64,000 nucleotides of DNA from a virus. The notes beneath the pieces are model-generated. The model saw nothing but the letters and a program-made list of their open reading frames with translations. It was not told the origin of the DNA and made no database searches. Shown here piece by piece: positions 37,039 through 46,584 of this stretch. Each line of letters begins with the position of its first letter. Position 1 is the first letter of the stretch. The DNA is taken from positions 14,092-78,091 of IMG/VR virus record IMGVR_UViG_3300009502_000036. The stretch is one strand, 5' to 3'. Position numbers and translations under genes: made by a program.

Positions 37039-38649
37039 ATGTCAAATACTTTTATGGGAAAGGATGGTTTCTATTGGTGGCAGGGTGTCGTTGAAGATAG
37101 AAATGATCCTTTAATGACTGGTAGATGTCGTGTTCGTATATTAGGAATACATACAGATGATAAATCAGCATCGGGAATAGCAACTTCAGATTTACCTTGG
37201 GCTATGATACTTCTTCCTGTTAATCAAGAAGAAAGAATTGTTCCTCCAAAAGAGGGGTCTTGGGTAATGGGTTTTTTTAGAGATGGAGATCATTGTCAAG
37301 ATCCTGTAATTTTTGGGGTATTACCTGGAATACCAGAAGAAGAAAGTCCAAATCTTAGCAAATCACCAGAAGAACAGAAAGGTTTCTTTGATCCAGCAGG
37401 ACATGGTGGTGCAAATGATGCTCTTATGCATAGACCTATTAATTTAGAAAAAGGGTTTACACATTCTGGAAAGCTTCTTAATAATGAAGTTAAACGGAAT
37501 AGTGAAGAAGAAATGCAGGCTATGTTAAATAATACCTATCCTATGAAATCTAGATTAGGAGAACCGGACACGCATAGATTGGCAAGAAACGAAGATTTAG
37601 ACAAAACTATTCTTAAATGGAAATGCGAAAATAGACTTATTAATATAGTGTCTAATAATTCTCGTGGAGAAGATTCAGGACAAGTACAAAGAACATTTTG
37701 GTCAGAACCCGACCCTATTTTAATATATAATGCAAAATATCCATACAATAAAGTTATGGAATCTGAATCAGGACATATAATTGAAATAGATGATACTTTG
37801 GGTCACGAAAGAATTCATACATTTCACCGTTCAGGAACATTTGATGAAATGCAGCCAAACGGTGATCGTGTTATGAAAACCTTTGGCAATTCTTATAGGA
37901 TAACTTATTTGGATGATCACTATGTTTGTTTTGGTACTAAGCATGAAACTTTTGGTGGAGATAAAGTAGATCAATATCAAAGAGCTAAAGGTGAAATCAT
38001 AGGAGGTAATAAAACGTCTCAATTACATGGGGATGACACTAGAACGGTTGGATTTTCTTCATCTTCTTATATCGGAAAAGGACATTACACAACTGTAGAA
38101 AGTGGAGATGGAAATCATTTAACGGAAGCAGGTAATTATAGAATAACGGTTAACAATGCAGAAAGTGGAGAATTGCACTTAAAGTCAGACTATGATTTAA
38201 ATCTTACGTCTATGAATAAGGTAGAAATTTTAGCCCTTAAAGAAATAAACACGCAAGCATTGGATGCTCAAAGACATACTACAAATAAAGATTTTCAATT
38301 ATTGGCAGGTCAGTCTATGCAAATTGATGCTGGTGCTATCGTACAAATACAATCTCACAATTATTGCACATTTAAAGCTAAAACACAAATAGACATTGCA
38401 GCTCCTAAGACTAATATAGATGCTACACTCGAGTGTAATATATCCGGTGAATCAACTAAAATTGGTGGAACTTCATCTGTAAAAATAGATGGACCTATGG
38501 TTTATATAAATTGTAATAGTGCTATCGCACCAAAAGATCCGGCAATAGCAAATATTCCAAGTACACCAGTAGTACCTGCTACAGGAGCACAACATGCTGC
38601 AAAAGGAAATGCTAATATAACAACTCCTTCAAAATTAGGAACTAAGTAA
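37039..38649 (+). CDS. gp5: baseplate central spike gp5 (no lysozyme domain)
   Basis: WWQGVVEDRNDP..GRCRVRI.G.H, LPWA, GFF.DG, YPYN...ESESGH..E.DDT.G.ERI...HRSGT, C-terminal beta-helix repeats. Confidence 0.92.
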   Translation: MSNTFMGKDGFYWWQGVVEDRNDPLMTGRCRVRILGIHTDDKSASGIATSDLPWAMILLPVNQEERIVPPKEGSWVMGFFRDGDHCQDPVIFGVLPGIPEEESPNLSKSPEEQKGFFDPAGHGGANDALMHRPINLEKGFTHSGKLLNNEVKRNSEEEMQAMLNNTYPMKSRLGEPDTHRLARNEDLDKTILKWKCENRLINIVSNNSRGEDSGQVQRTFWSEPDPILIYNAKYPYNKVMESESGHIIEIDDTLGHERIHTFHRSGTFDEMQPNGDRVMKTFGNSYRITYLDDHYVCFGTKHETFGGDKVDQYQRAKGEIIGGNKTSQLHGDDTRTVGFSSSSYIGKGHYTTVESGDGNHLTEAGNYRITVNNAESGELHLKSDYDLNLTSMNKVEILALKEINTQALDAQRHTTNKDFQLLAGQSMQIDAGAIVQIQSHNYCTFKAKTQIDIAAPKTNIDATLECNISGESTKIGGTSSVKIDGPMVYINCNSAIAPKDPAIANIPSTPVVPATGAQHAAKGNANITTPSKLGTK

Positions 38650-38650
38650 T

Positions 38651-40495
38651 ATGGCAAGCACAACTACAGTAACGGGCGGAAATTCCACACAAAATAAAAT
38701 TAATGCAGATGGTTCTGTAACAACAACAGTTTATGATTCAAATGGTAAAGTTTTATCAAGTTCTATTTCTCCTAATCAATCTAACATTACTTCTACTACA
38801 AAATCAACTATAGAATATGGTTTAGATTATGCAAAAGATACCACTGGAAAGTGGAATGTTTTTGATAATAGCATAATGGTTATATGTCATGTTAATGGCA
38901 TGAACCCAATGGATATTGTTAATGAATGGAAATATTTACATTCTGGCGCAAATAGAACTTGGGCTCAAAATGCTGGTGAACAACATGGAGTTTGGACAGA
39001 AACAAATAAAAATGGAATATTATTAGTACCAATAACGGATATTCCTGATGAACTTAAAAAAATATCAATTGGGATTGTTCAACCAGATTTAGAAAAGACT
39101 GGAAAAATTGTTAGTGAAGATGTAAAACTTGTTAACATTGAAGGTAAAAAAGGTGTTGTTAAAACTACAATACACGAAGATGCAAATGGTAATCAAATTA
39201 CAGTTGTTGTTAATACTGCAGCAGGAACAAAATCAAAATCTCCAGTAAAAAAACCAGACGGTCTTGCTAATTTAATAAATATTATCAATTCAATTGGAAC
39301 TATATCTAGTGTTGTTGCTGGGATAAAAAGTTTTACATCAACTAATAGTGGAAGTAGTGCTTCTTCATCTTCACTGACTTTAATTACAGATTCATCGGGT
39401 CAGTCTTACCTTGTTGATAGTGATTCTATTCCACCAGATTCTTTAAAAAAAATAAATTCTGCAGTAAGTCAATGCAATGATGTTTGTTGTGGCGATTCAT
39501 ATTTTTCATATTCACAACCTCAATACGATCTGGGTTGTAGTCTTACAAATTTTACTAGCAATACTTCACAAGGAAATTCGCTAATTGGATCGTTAAGTAT
39601 GTTTAACAAAGCAGATGGTCCTGCTGAAGTTTTATCTTCTATAGATTGGGCAATTAGTGCACTAGATTATTCAACATTAGAACCTCATGCAGGAGAAGGT
39701 GATAATGGACGTGCTTCTTTTGCAAATTGTATACCAAAAATGCCATCTTTTGCTTCTCTTTTAAGTAAATTAGGTAAAATAGACATACCCAAACTACCAA
39801 CGCTACCTGCTTTGCCTGGTATACCAGATATTGGTAATATATTAGGAGATTTGCTACCTACAATGCCAACTATACCTACGCTTCCAGAAATTGCTAAAAT
39901 GTTAGGATTGGATAATTTAAAATGTCCACCTGATGCATCTGATGTTAGTCGTGATAATGTGTCTATTCTTAAAGCAGCTAATGAATATTCTAAAGCAAAA
40001 TATTTATTTGATAAAACTTCTTCAGGTAATATAGCAATGAATGTTGTTGGTGTATTGATGGCACAACAATGTACAAATGATTCGGGTGGTGGCAGAATAG
40101 ACCCAATAACAGGAAAACCAATATTCGATCAAACGCCTGAAGCAATTAAATCTAGATGCGTTAATAATATGGAAACTCTTAATAATCTTAAAAGTGATAT
40201 AAATAAAGTTCAGATAATAACCAATATAGTAGCAAATGCTAGTGATAATCCTGCTCAGGCACTTGTTAATTATGATTTGCTACAAAAAAATCAATATAAT
40301 TATATGACAGGAACGCCGTATACTCCATCTTCATTACAACTTATAGCAAATGCTATAACACGCGCAAGTGACTCTACCTGTATTTTTGGATCATTTGCCG
40401 ATGATCCATTGCAAGCATTAATAAAATATGACAATTTACAAGCAAAACAAACACAACAAGCAGCACAAGATTTGTTAGATCAACGAAATTATTAA
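38651..40495 (+). CDS. hypothetical virion-associated protein
   Basis: 614 aa with Ser/Thr-rich, Cys-containing and Pro-rich segments; directly after gp5. Confidence 0.6.
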   Translation: MASTTTVTGGNSTQNKINADGSVTTTVYDSNGKVLSSSISPNQSNITSTTKSTIEYGLDYAKDTTGKWNVFDNSIMVICHVNGMNPMDIVNEWKYLHSGANRTWAQNAGEQHGVWTETNKNGILLVPITDIPDELKKISIGIVQPDLEKTGKIVSEDVKLVNIEGKKGVVKTTIHEDANGNQITVVVNTAAGTKSKSPVKKPDGLANLINIINSIGTISSVVAGIKSFTSTNSGSSASSSSLTLITDSSGQSYLVDSDSIPPDSLKKINSAVSQCNDVCCGDSYFSYSQPQYDLGCSLTNFTSNTSQGNSLIGSLSMFNKADGPAEVLSSIDWAISALDYSTLEPHAGEGDNGRASFANCIPKMPSFASLLSKLGKIDIPKLPTLPALPGIPDIGNILGDLLPTMPTIPTLPEIAKMLGLDNLKCPPDASDVSRDNVSILKAANEYSKAKYLFDKTSSGNIAMNVVGVLMAQQCTNDSGGGRIDPITGKPIFDQTPEAIKSRCVNNMETLNNLKSDINKVQIITNIVANASDNPAQALVNYDLLQKNQYNYMTGTPYTPSSLQLIANAITRASDSTCIFGSFADDPLQALIKYDNLQAKQTQQAAQDLLDQRNY

Positions 40496-40505
40496 TTTTT
40501 AAAAC

Positions 40506-40826
40506 ATGATATTAGAAATTCTAAAATTGGGTATAGGTAAAAAGAAAATAGATTCATTAATTTCTTTGTTAGAACACATAGAATATGATTCAGATACAAA
40601 AACTTTAACTATTGATAGTGATATTACTGTAAAAATTAAAGGTGATTATAAATTAGATGTTGATAAACATATTAGAATTAACAGTAATTATTTGGAAAAT
40701 GATAAAGAATTGAACATTCCATATTCCGTTTTTATTAATAGTGATGAAGCAGAATTTAAGAACATTCAACAACAAACAAATGATATATTATTTGATAGTG
40801 GGGATTGTAATTGTGGAAATAATTAA
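40506..40826 (+). CDS. hypothetical protein
   Basis: 106-aa ORF in the late operon. Confidence 0.55.
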   Translation: MILEILKLGIGKKKIDSLISLLEHIEYDSDTKTLTIDSDITVKIKGDYKLDVDKHIRINSNYLENDKELNIPYSVFINSDEAEFKNIQQQTNDILFDSGDCNCGNN

Positions 40827-40838
40827 AATAGTTATACA

Positions 40839-41567
40839 ATGGCTGCAGGATGGGAAGGATCAATAACTAATTGGGGATATGCTACAGGAACAAATCTGGT
40901 GGTTCATAATGGATGTGGTTTAAATGTATCAGATGCACATCCGCAATATCCCACAGAAGCATTCAATTGGCAAAGCGATACTTTTGCTGCTTGGTCAGAA
41001 TTATGTCCAGGACCTCATACAAAAAGATATGCAACATCCTATACAATATCAAGCACTCCAAGTGGTATACCTTTAGCTTTTACTTTTAGTGGGGTCGGTA
41101 CTTCTTCCGTAAAATTGATATCTAGTGCTGGAGAAATATTTCCATGTAGTCTATGGCCTTCTGGTCATCCCGATTCTCATTTATACTTAATTAATTTTGT
41201 CGCAGGATTTGAAGGAGGGTCTCCTGTTATTCCATCTCCTTCTTCATATAAAGCAAAACCAGAGTTTATGGATTTTAATTGTGAGATAACAGCAACATTC
41301 CCAACAAACAGCTGTCCATCTACATTAATTTCTCAGGAATTTATAATAAGTATTAGAACAAATTGGTCAGCTAGAGCTTCAGATTTAATAATCGGCTTTG
41401 ACCAAAACAAATATGTATCTATTGGAGAAAAGGATGGTTTGGGCCCCACTTATTTTCATCCTACTACAGGTGAAATAATGACAGGAGAAGAATGGAAAAA
41501 TTATATATGCTCAACATCTGGTGGAATTTCTCGTTTTCTTTCCGGAACTCCACATAATATGTTTTAA
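40839..41567 (+). CDS. hypothetical protein
   Basis: 242-aa ORF in the late operon. Confidence 0.55.
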   Translation: MAAGWEGSITNWGYATGTNLVVHNGCGLNVSDAHPQYPTEAFNWQSDTFAAWSELCPGPHTKRYATSYTISSTPSGIPLAFTFSGVGTSSVKLISSAGEIFPCSLWPSGHPDSHLYLINFVAGFEGGSPVIPSPSSYKAKPEFMDFNCEITATFPTNSCPSTLISQEFIISIRTNWSARASDLIIGFDQNKYVSIGEKDGLGPTYFHPTTGEIMTGEEWKNYICSTSGGISRFLSGTPHNMF

Positions 41568-41584
41568 CAATTTAAATTTATTAA

Positions 41585-41872
41585 ATGCCACCTGTACATA
41601 GACAAAATGATATTTGCTCCGGACATGGTTGCTTCCCTCCAAGGAAAACAACAACCTGGTCATCGATAACATATGCAAACAATCTACAGATTCATAGACA
41701 GGGAGATTTGTATGGGATTCATTGTTGCGGTACTCCATGCCATCCTGGATCGGGACAAACAGGCAGTTCTACTGTATACGTAGAAAATAAAGCAGCAAGA
41801 CGCATTGGAGATCCTGTTTCTTGCGGCGGAATTGCAGCAGTAGGATCTCCGAATGTAATAGTTGGAGGATGA
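41585..41872 (+). CDS. PAAR spike-tip protein (gp5.4-like)
   Basis: DICSGHGCFPP, GSSTVYVENKAARRIGDPVSCG, GSPNV. Confidence 0.9.
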   Translation: MPPVHRQNDICSGHGCFPPRKTTTWSSITYANNLQIHRQGDLYGIHCCGTPCHPGSGQTGSSTVYVENKAARRIGDPVSCGGIAAVGSPNVIVGG

Positions 41873-41920
41873 TAAACAGAATTATCATAAATATAATAAC
41901 TGTAATAAATAAAAATTGGA

Positions 41921-42316
41921 ATGGCAAGAACAACAGATATTAAGTTTTCAGATTTTGCTATATCATTTATAGCTCATCCAAATACTGGTGATATTAGTCT
42001 CCTAACAAATGAGGAAGCAGTGAAACGTGCTGTGAGAAATCTCGTGTTAACTGGATATAATGAGAGACTTTTTAGTCCAGGTAAAGGATGTGGTGTATAT
42101 CATCTGTTATTCGAATTAATATCAAGCCCAACTGCAAATGGAATCGAAGAACATATTAGAGCTGTATTGCAAAATTGGGAACCAAGAATAATAGTATCGG
42201 ATGTTTTTGTTATACCAGATTATGATGCAGAGGGTTATTCCGTAACAATATCTTTCGAAGTAGTCAATGAAACTATGATGCAATCAATAAATTTCTTTCT
42301 GGAAATGATTAGATAA
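41921..42316 (+). CDS. gp25: baseplate wedge gp25
   Basis: AVKRAVRNLVLT...ER.F.P..G, LLFE, WEPRI. Confidence 0.92.
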   Translation: MARTTDIKFSDFAISFIAHPNTGDISLLTNEEAVKRAVRNLVLTGYNERLFSPGKGCGVYHLLFELISSPTANGIEEHIRAVLQNWEPRIIVSDVFVIPDYDAEGYSVTISFEVVNETMMQSINFFLEMIR

Positions 42317-42324
42317 ACAAATAT

Positions 42325-44442
42325 ATGGCACAAAATTCACTAACAGTATCAGATTTAGATTTTGATAAGATAAAGGCTAATTTGAAAGATTTTATGAGAT
42401 CTCAAGCTCAATTTAAAGATTATGATTTTGATGGCTCTTCTCTTTCTATACTTATAGATCTCCTTGCTTATAATACACATTATAATGCATATTATGCAAA
42501 TATGATTGCTAATGAAATGTTTTTAGACACTGCAGTGTTTAGAGAATCTGTTGTTTCTAAAGCAAAAATGTTGGGATATACACCTAAATCTAGAATTGCA
42601 TCTGAAGTATATGTTAATATTTATGCATACATGCCTATAACTGGCCCTACTGCACCTAATTCTATTCAATTAGACGCTTATGCTCAATTTAAATCTTCCA
42701 CATCTAATAAAGAATATACATTTATTACATTGGAAGATCATATATTAGAATATTTTCCGTCTTTAAATACTAGCGCATCGTGGTGTTATAAAAAAAATAC
42801 TGTTAAGATTGTAGAAGGAACACATTTAACGTATTCTTATGAGGTTCAAGTAAGCTCAATTTGGGAAACTGCTAATCCAGATACAGAACATTATATTATT
42901 CCATCAGGAAATATAGATATTTCTGCACTTGTTGTGTGTGTTCAAAATTCTGCTTCGGTATTTACAAAAACTACCTTTAGACCTGCTGGAGAATTACAAA
43001 CAATAACAGGAACGTCACCGGTATATTGGCTTCATGAAATAGAAAATACTCAATATGAAATAAAATTTGGTGATGGTGCAAATTTGGGTGTAGATGTTGG
43101 TATAGGCAATATTATAATTATCGATTATGTAGCAACAAATGGACCAGAAGCTAATGGTTGCAGAAAATTTACAGTTGGAACTAATTCTTTAAGTGGAATA
43201 GCAACTTTAGTCACATTGGAACCTGTTCAATATCGTCTTTTAGAATTAACTCAAAACTATTCTTCTGATTTTATATACAATGAAACTGTATATGGTAATA
43301 CATCAAAGACAACAGGGACAGTTGAACAGTGGGATAAAATTAATAAAATTTTAAAACTCGTTTCTGTAAATGGAATATTTGCATTAAATGAAACTGTATC
43401 TGGAATGACGTCTGGCTCTACTGGTATAATTAAAATGTCTTCTATAGAAACATCTAAAAGTTTTGGAGGAACAGAAAGAGAGTCTATAGATTCTATTAAA
43501 AACATTGCCTCTAAATCATACCAGACTCAGGGAAGATGCGTAACAATAGATGATTATGCTACAATAATTAAAAGAGAATACCCAAACATACGCGCTATAA
43601 AAATTTGGGGTGGAGATACGATGGTACCACCTGTTTATGGAAAAGTTTTTATTGCTCTTAGACCTCATGTAGGACAAATATTAAATAATTCAACAAAGGA
43701 ATATATAAGAACTCAAATACTTGGTCCAAGAAGTATCATAACTGTTCAGACTGAAATAGTAGATCCGGATTATATTTTTATAGTTCCTACATGTGAGGTT
43801 AAATACAATCCTTCTCTATCGGCACTCGGTTCAGGAAGTATAGTTACTTTATCTGTAACTAAAATTGTAAATTATGCAGAAACGTATCTAAACGATTTCT
43901 CTTCTCCTTTTTATTCTACAAATCTTAGTTCTATTATAAATTCGGCAGATGCTTCTATAGTTAGTAACATTTTAAAAATAAAATTAAAAAAATTCTTTGA
44001 TCCTACACTAAACGTTATAACTACAGATACTACTTTAGATTATAATAATGCAATATCAAAGACTTCTGTAGGTGAAGTAGCTTATGATGTAATAACTAGC
44101 TCAACCTTTACTTATGCCGGTATTTCTGGCTGTGAACTTAGTGTATCTCCAAGCAATTATTCTATACTTCAGGTAGTTAAGAAAACCAATGGAATAAAAG
44201 CTGTAGTGTGTGGTGGAGACAATGTTGGTACTGTAGATTATACAAATGGAAAGATTAGAATAACTAATTTTTTAACCTCTGCAACTACAGTCGCAAATGT
44301 AGAATATCCTGATATTAAAGGTCGTATAGAAATATTCATAACACCTGAACAAAACGATATTTTTTCTCATGAACATCAAATTTTAGATATACAGAATTCA
44401 GATATATCTGTTTCTACTGTAGATGTAAGAACTCTATTATAA
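42325..44442 (+). CDS. gp6: baseplate wedge gp6
   Basis: LDFD.IK.NLK, DYDFDGS.LS.L.DLLAYNTHYNA, FGDG, Q.RCVT..DY, WGG....PP.YGKVFI. Confidence 0.93.
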   Translation: MAQNSLTVSDLDFDKIKANLKDFMRSQAQFKDYDFDGSSLSILIDLLAYNTHYNAYYANMIANEMFLDTAVFRESVVSKAKMLGYTPKSRIASEVYVNIYAYMPITGPTAPNSIQLDAYAQFKSSTSNKEYTFITLEDHILEYFPSLNTSASWCYKKNTVKIVEGTHLTYSYEVQVSSIWETANPDTEHYIIPSGNIDISALVVCVQNSASVFTKTTFRPAGELQTITGTSPVYWLHEIENTQYEIKFGDGANLGVDVGIGNIIIIDYVATNGPEANGCRKFTVGTNSLSGIATLVTLEPVQYRLLELTQNYSSDFIYNETVYGNTSKTTGTVEQWDKINKILKLVSVNGIFALNETVSGMTSGSTGIIKMSSIETSKSFGGTERESIDSIKNIASKSYQTQGRCVTIDDYATIIKREYPNIRAIKIWGGDTMVPPVYGKVFIALRPHVGQILNNSTKEYIRTQILGPRSIITVQTEIVDPDYIFIVPTCEVKYNPSLSALGSGSIVTLSVTKIVNYAETYLNDFSSPFYSTNLSSIINSADASIVSNILKIKLKKFFDPTLNVITTDTTLDYNNAISKTSVGEVAYDVITSSTFTYAGISGCELSVSPSNYSILQVVKKTNGIKAVVCGGDNVGTVDYTNGKIRITNFLTSATTVANVEYPDIKGRIEIFITPEQNDIFSHEHQILDIQNSDISVSTVDVRTLL

Positions 44443-44457
44443 TAATCATATACACAA

Positions 44458-46536
44458 ATGCCATCTTTTAGAGACTATTCATTAAACTTTAAATACGATA
44501 AGACTTCTGATTTTATAGAGTCTCAATTGCCTGCATTTGTTAAAATGGAAGGTGCAGATTTTGTAGAATTTATAAAATCATATTATAGATTTTTAGAAAG
44601 CAAAATCGTAGAAGTTGTTATTTCTTCCGATAATGTTCTTATTGGTAATCTTGCAGTTGGTGATATTGTTTCTTCTGTAAATTGTATTATATGTGAAGAT
44701 GGCATAACTTACCTTGGTGATGGAAATGAAAACGCTGTTTGGCCGTTGATGGAACTCGACGGATATAGAAAAAATTTAATACAAATTACAAATTTTAATG
44801 GAAATTTTATACCGGGTGAAGGAGTCATTGGAAAATATGCAAATGGAGAGTTAACAGGTGCTACTGCTAATGTTATAGTCTGGGACGAGTCCACGTCAAC
44901 TTTGCAGTTAGAAAATATAGAACATGAATTTTTATATGGAAATTTAATATATGGAAATTTAAGTCATGCTAATGGAGAAATTTTAGTAGAAGATTCTGTA
45001 ATTAGACCTATTAGTGTATATGGAACTTCTCTCGGATCTATAGATTTGGATAATGTAAGTGTAAGTACTGAAGTATTACCAAGAAAAAAGATTATAATTA
45101 ATCATCTTAGTGGATCTATAGAAAGACTCAACGAAACTAAAGATTTTGGAGAATTGTTTAGTAAAACTATATTTGAATCTTTAAAGAATCCTACTTATAA
45201 CATAGAAAATATACAACATGATACTATAGATACTGTAACTGTTATAACAAATGATTCTCATAGTTTTATTATTGGTGATAAAATAACAATAAAGAACTCG
45301 GCAAATGATTCCATCTATGAGGGTAGTTATTTAATTTCAAATGTAATAGATGATACTACATTTCGATTTATATTGCCATATTTTGAAGTCGGTAATACTC
45401 AACCATCATTACCATTATACTTTTCTATAGAAAAAGAAACATCTTCTACTATTTTATCTAAAATTTTTAATTTTACAGAAGTAGAAACTCCTATTAATGC
45501 AATGAACAATATGTTCAATTATGGAGATATAGACTATTCTTTTAATAATCAATTGTTTCTTGGAGTAGATTATTATTCTATGATGGCAAATGAAATAATG
45601 TCAGAATGGCCTAAAGTACTCGTTTCTCCTACAGAAGAAACTGTTAAAGCTGTTATTGGAAGAAATATAAAGGATTTTTATTATTCAAAAGGAACTGAAG
45701 ATTCTATTAAATTCTTATTTAGAATAATATATGGAAAAGAAGCACAAGTATTTTTGCCTGCAGATAGATTATTTTCATGTAATGATGGAAGATGGTCAAT
45801 AAACTACTCCATTAAAGTCAACACTGATTTGTCTGATGAGGTTTTGTTATCAAATAATAGAATAATTCATAATACTGCTAATACTGGTTATTATGCCTTT
45901 GTTGAGTCTACTAAAGAAGAAAGTGCAATTTTAGATATAACAGTAATTGGATCAGATAATCTTGATTTTGATCTATATGAAATAGTTACATCTAATATTG
46001 GTGCTACAGCAACTGTATCTAGTTGGGATAACATAACAAATAAATTGTCTATAAAACCTTTAACTGGAAGTATTCATATAAATGATACTATAACAGGTTC
46101 TAATAGTTCATGCAATGCAAATGTAACATCAAAATCTGGTATAACATCTTTAATATTATCTAATGCATTTGGCGATTTTGTGTTTGGAGAGAGTATAGTA
46201 GGTTCTACTTTATCCGGTGCAGAATTTACTTGCGACATAGTAGAATCTATGATTCAGATAGAATCTTATGCTAGTAATAGAGGTTTATTAAACGGCGGAA
46301 TTCAAGCGCCTATACCGACTGGATATGATACATGGGATGATCCTAATTTAGCGTCTCAAGCTTTAGATGTTGCAAATTCTAATGTTACAGATAGAATACA
46401 GGATGGTGATTATTGGCAGTTATTTTCTTATGTTATTAGAACTAATCTAAGTTCTACTGAATTTGAAAGTGCAAAATCTAATATTCAAAAACTTGTACAT
46501 CCAGCTGGATTCAAATTATTTTTAGAACCATTATAA
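44458..46536 (+). CDS. gp7: baseplate wedge gp7-like protein
   Basis: QLPAFV..F.EF.K.YY.FLE, KDFY.SKGT..S.KFLFR..YG, IQDGDYWQ.FSYVI, HPAGF. Confidence 0.8.
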   Translation: MPSFRDYSLNFKYDKTSDFIESQLPAFVKMEGADFVEFIKSYYRFLESKIVEVVISSDNVLIGNLAVGDIVSSVNCIICEDGITYLGDGNENAVWPLMELDGYRKNLIQITNFNGNFIPGEGVIGKYANGELTGATANVIVWDESTSTLQLENIEHEFLYGNLIYGNLSHANGEILVEDSVIRPISVYGTSLGSIDLDNVSVSTEVLPRKKIIINHLSGSIERLNETKDFGELFSKTIFESLKNPTYNIENIQHDTIDTVTVITNDSHSFIIGDKITIKNSANDSIYEGSYLISNVIDDTTFRFILPYFEVGNTQPSLPLYFSIEKETSSTILSKIFNFTEVETPINAMNNMFNYGDIDYSFNNQLFLGVDYYSMMANEIMSEWPKVLVSPTEETVKAVIGRNIKDFYYSKGTEDSIKFLFRIIYGKEAQVFLPADRLFSCNDGRWSINYSIKVNTDLSDEVLLSNNRIIHNTANTGYYAFVESTKEESAILDITVIGSDNLDFDLYEIVTSNIGATATVSSWDNITNKLSIKPLTGSIHINDTITGSNSSCNANVTSKSGITSLILSNAFGDFVFGESIVGSTLSGAEFTCDIVESMIQIESYASNRGLLNGGIQAPIPTGYDTWDDPNLASQALDVANSNVTDRIQDGDYWQLFSYVIRTNLSSTEFESAKSNIQKLVHPAGFKLFLEPL

Positions 46537-46584
46537 TTTATTTCTATAAATAGAATTAGATATTAACATTAAAATACCAAAAGA

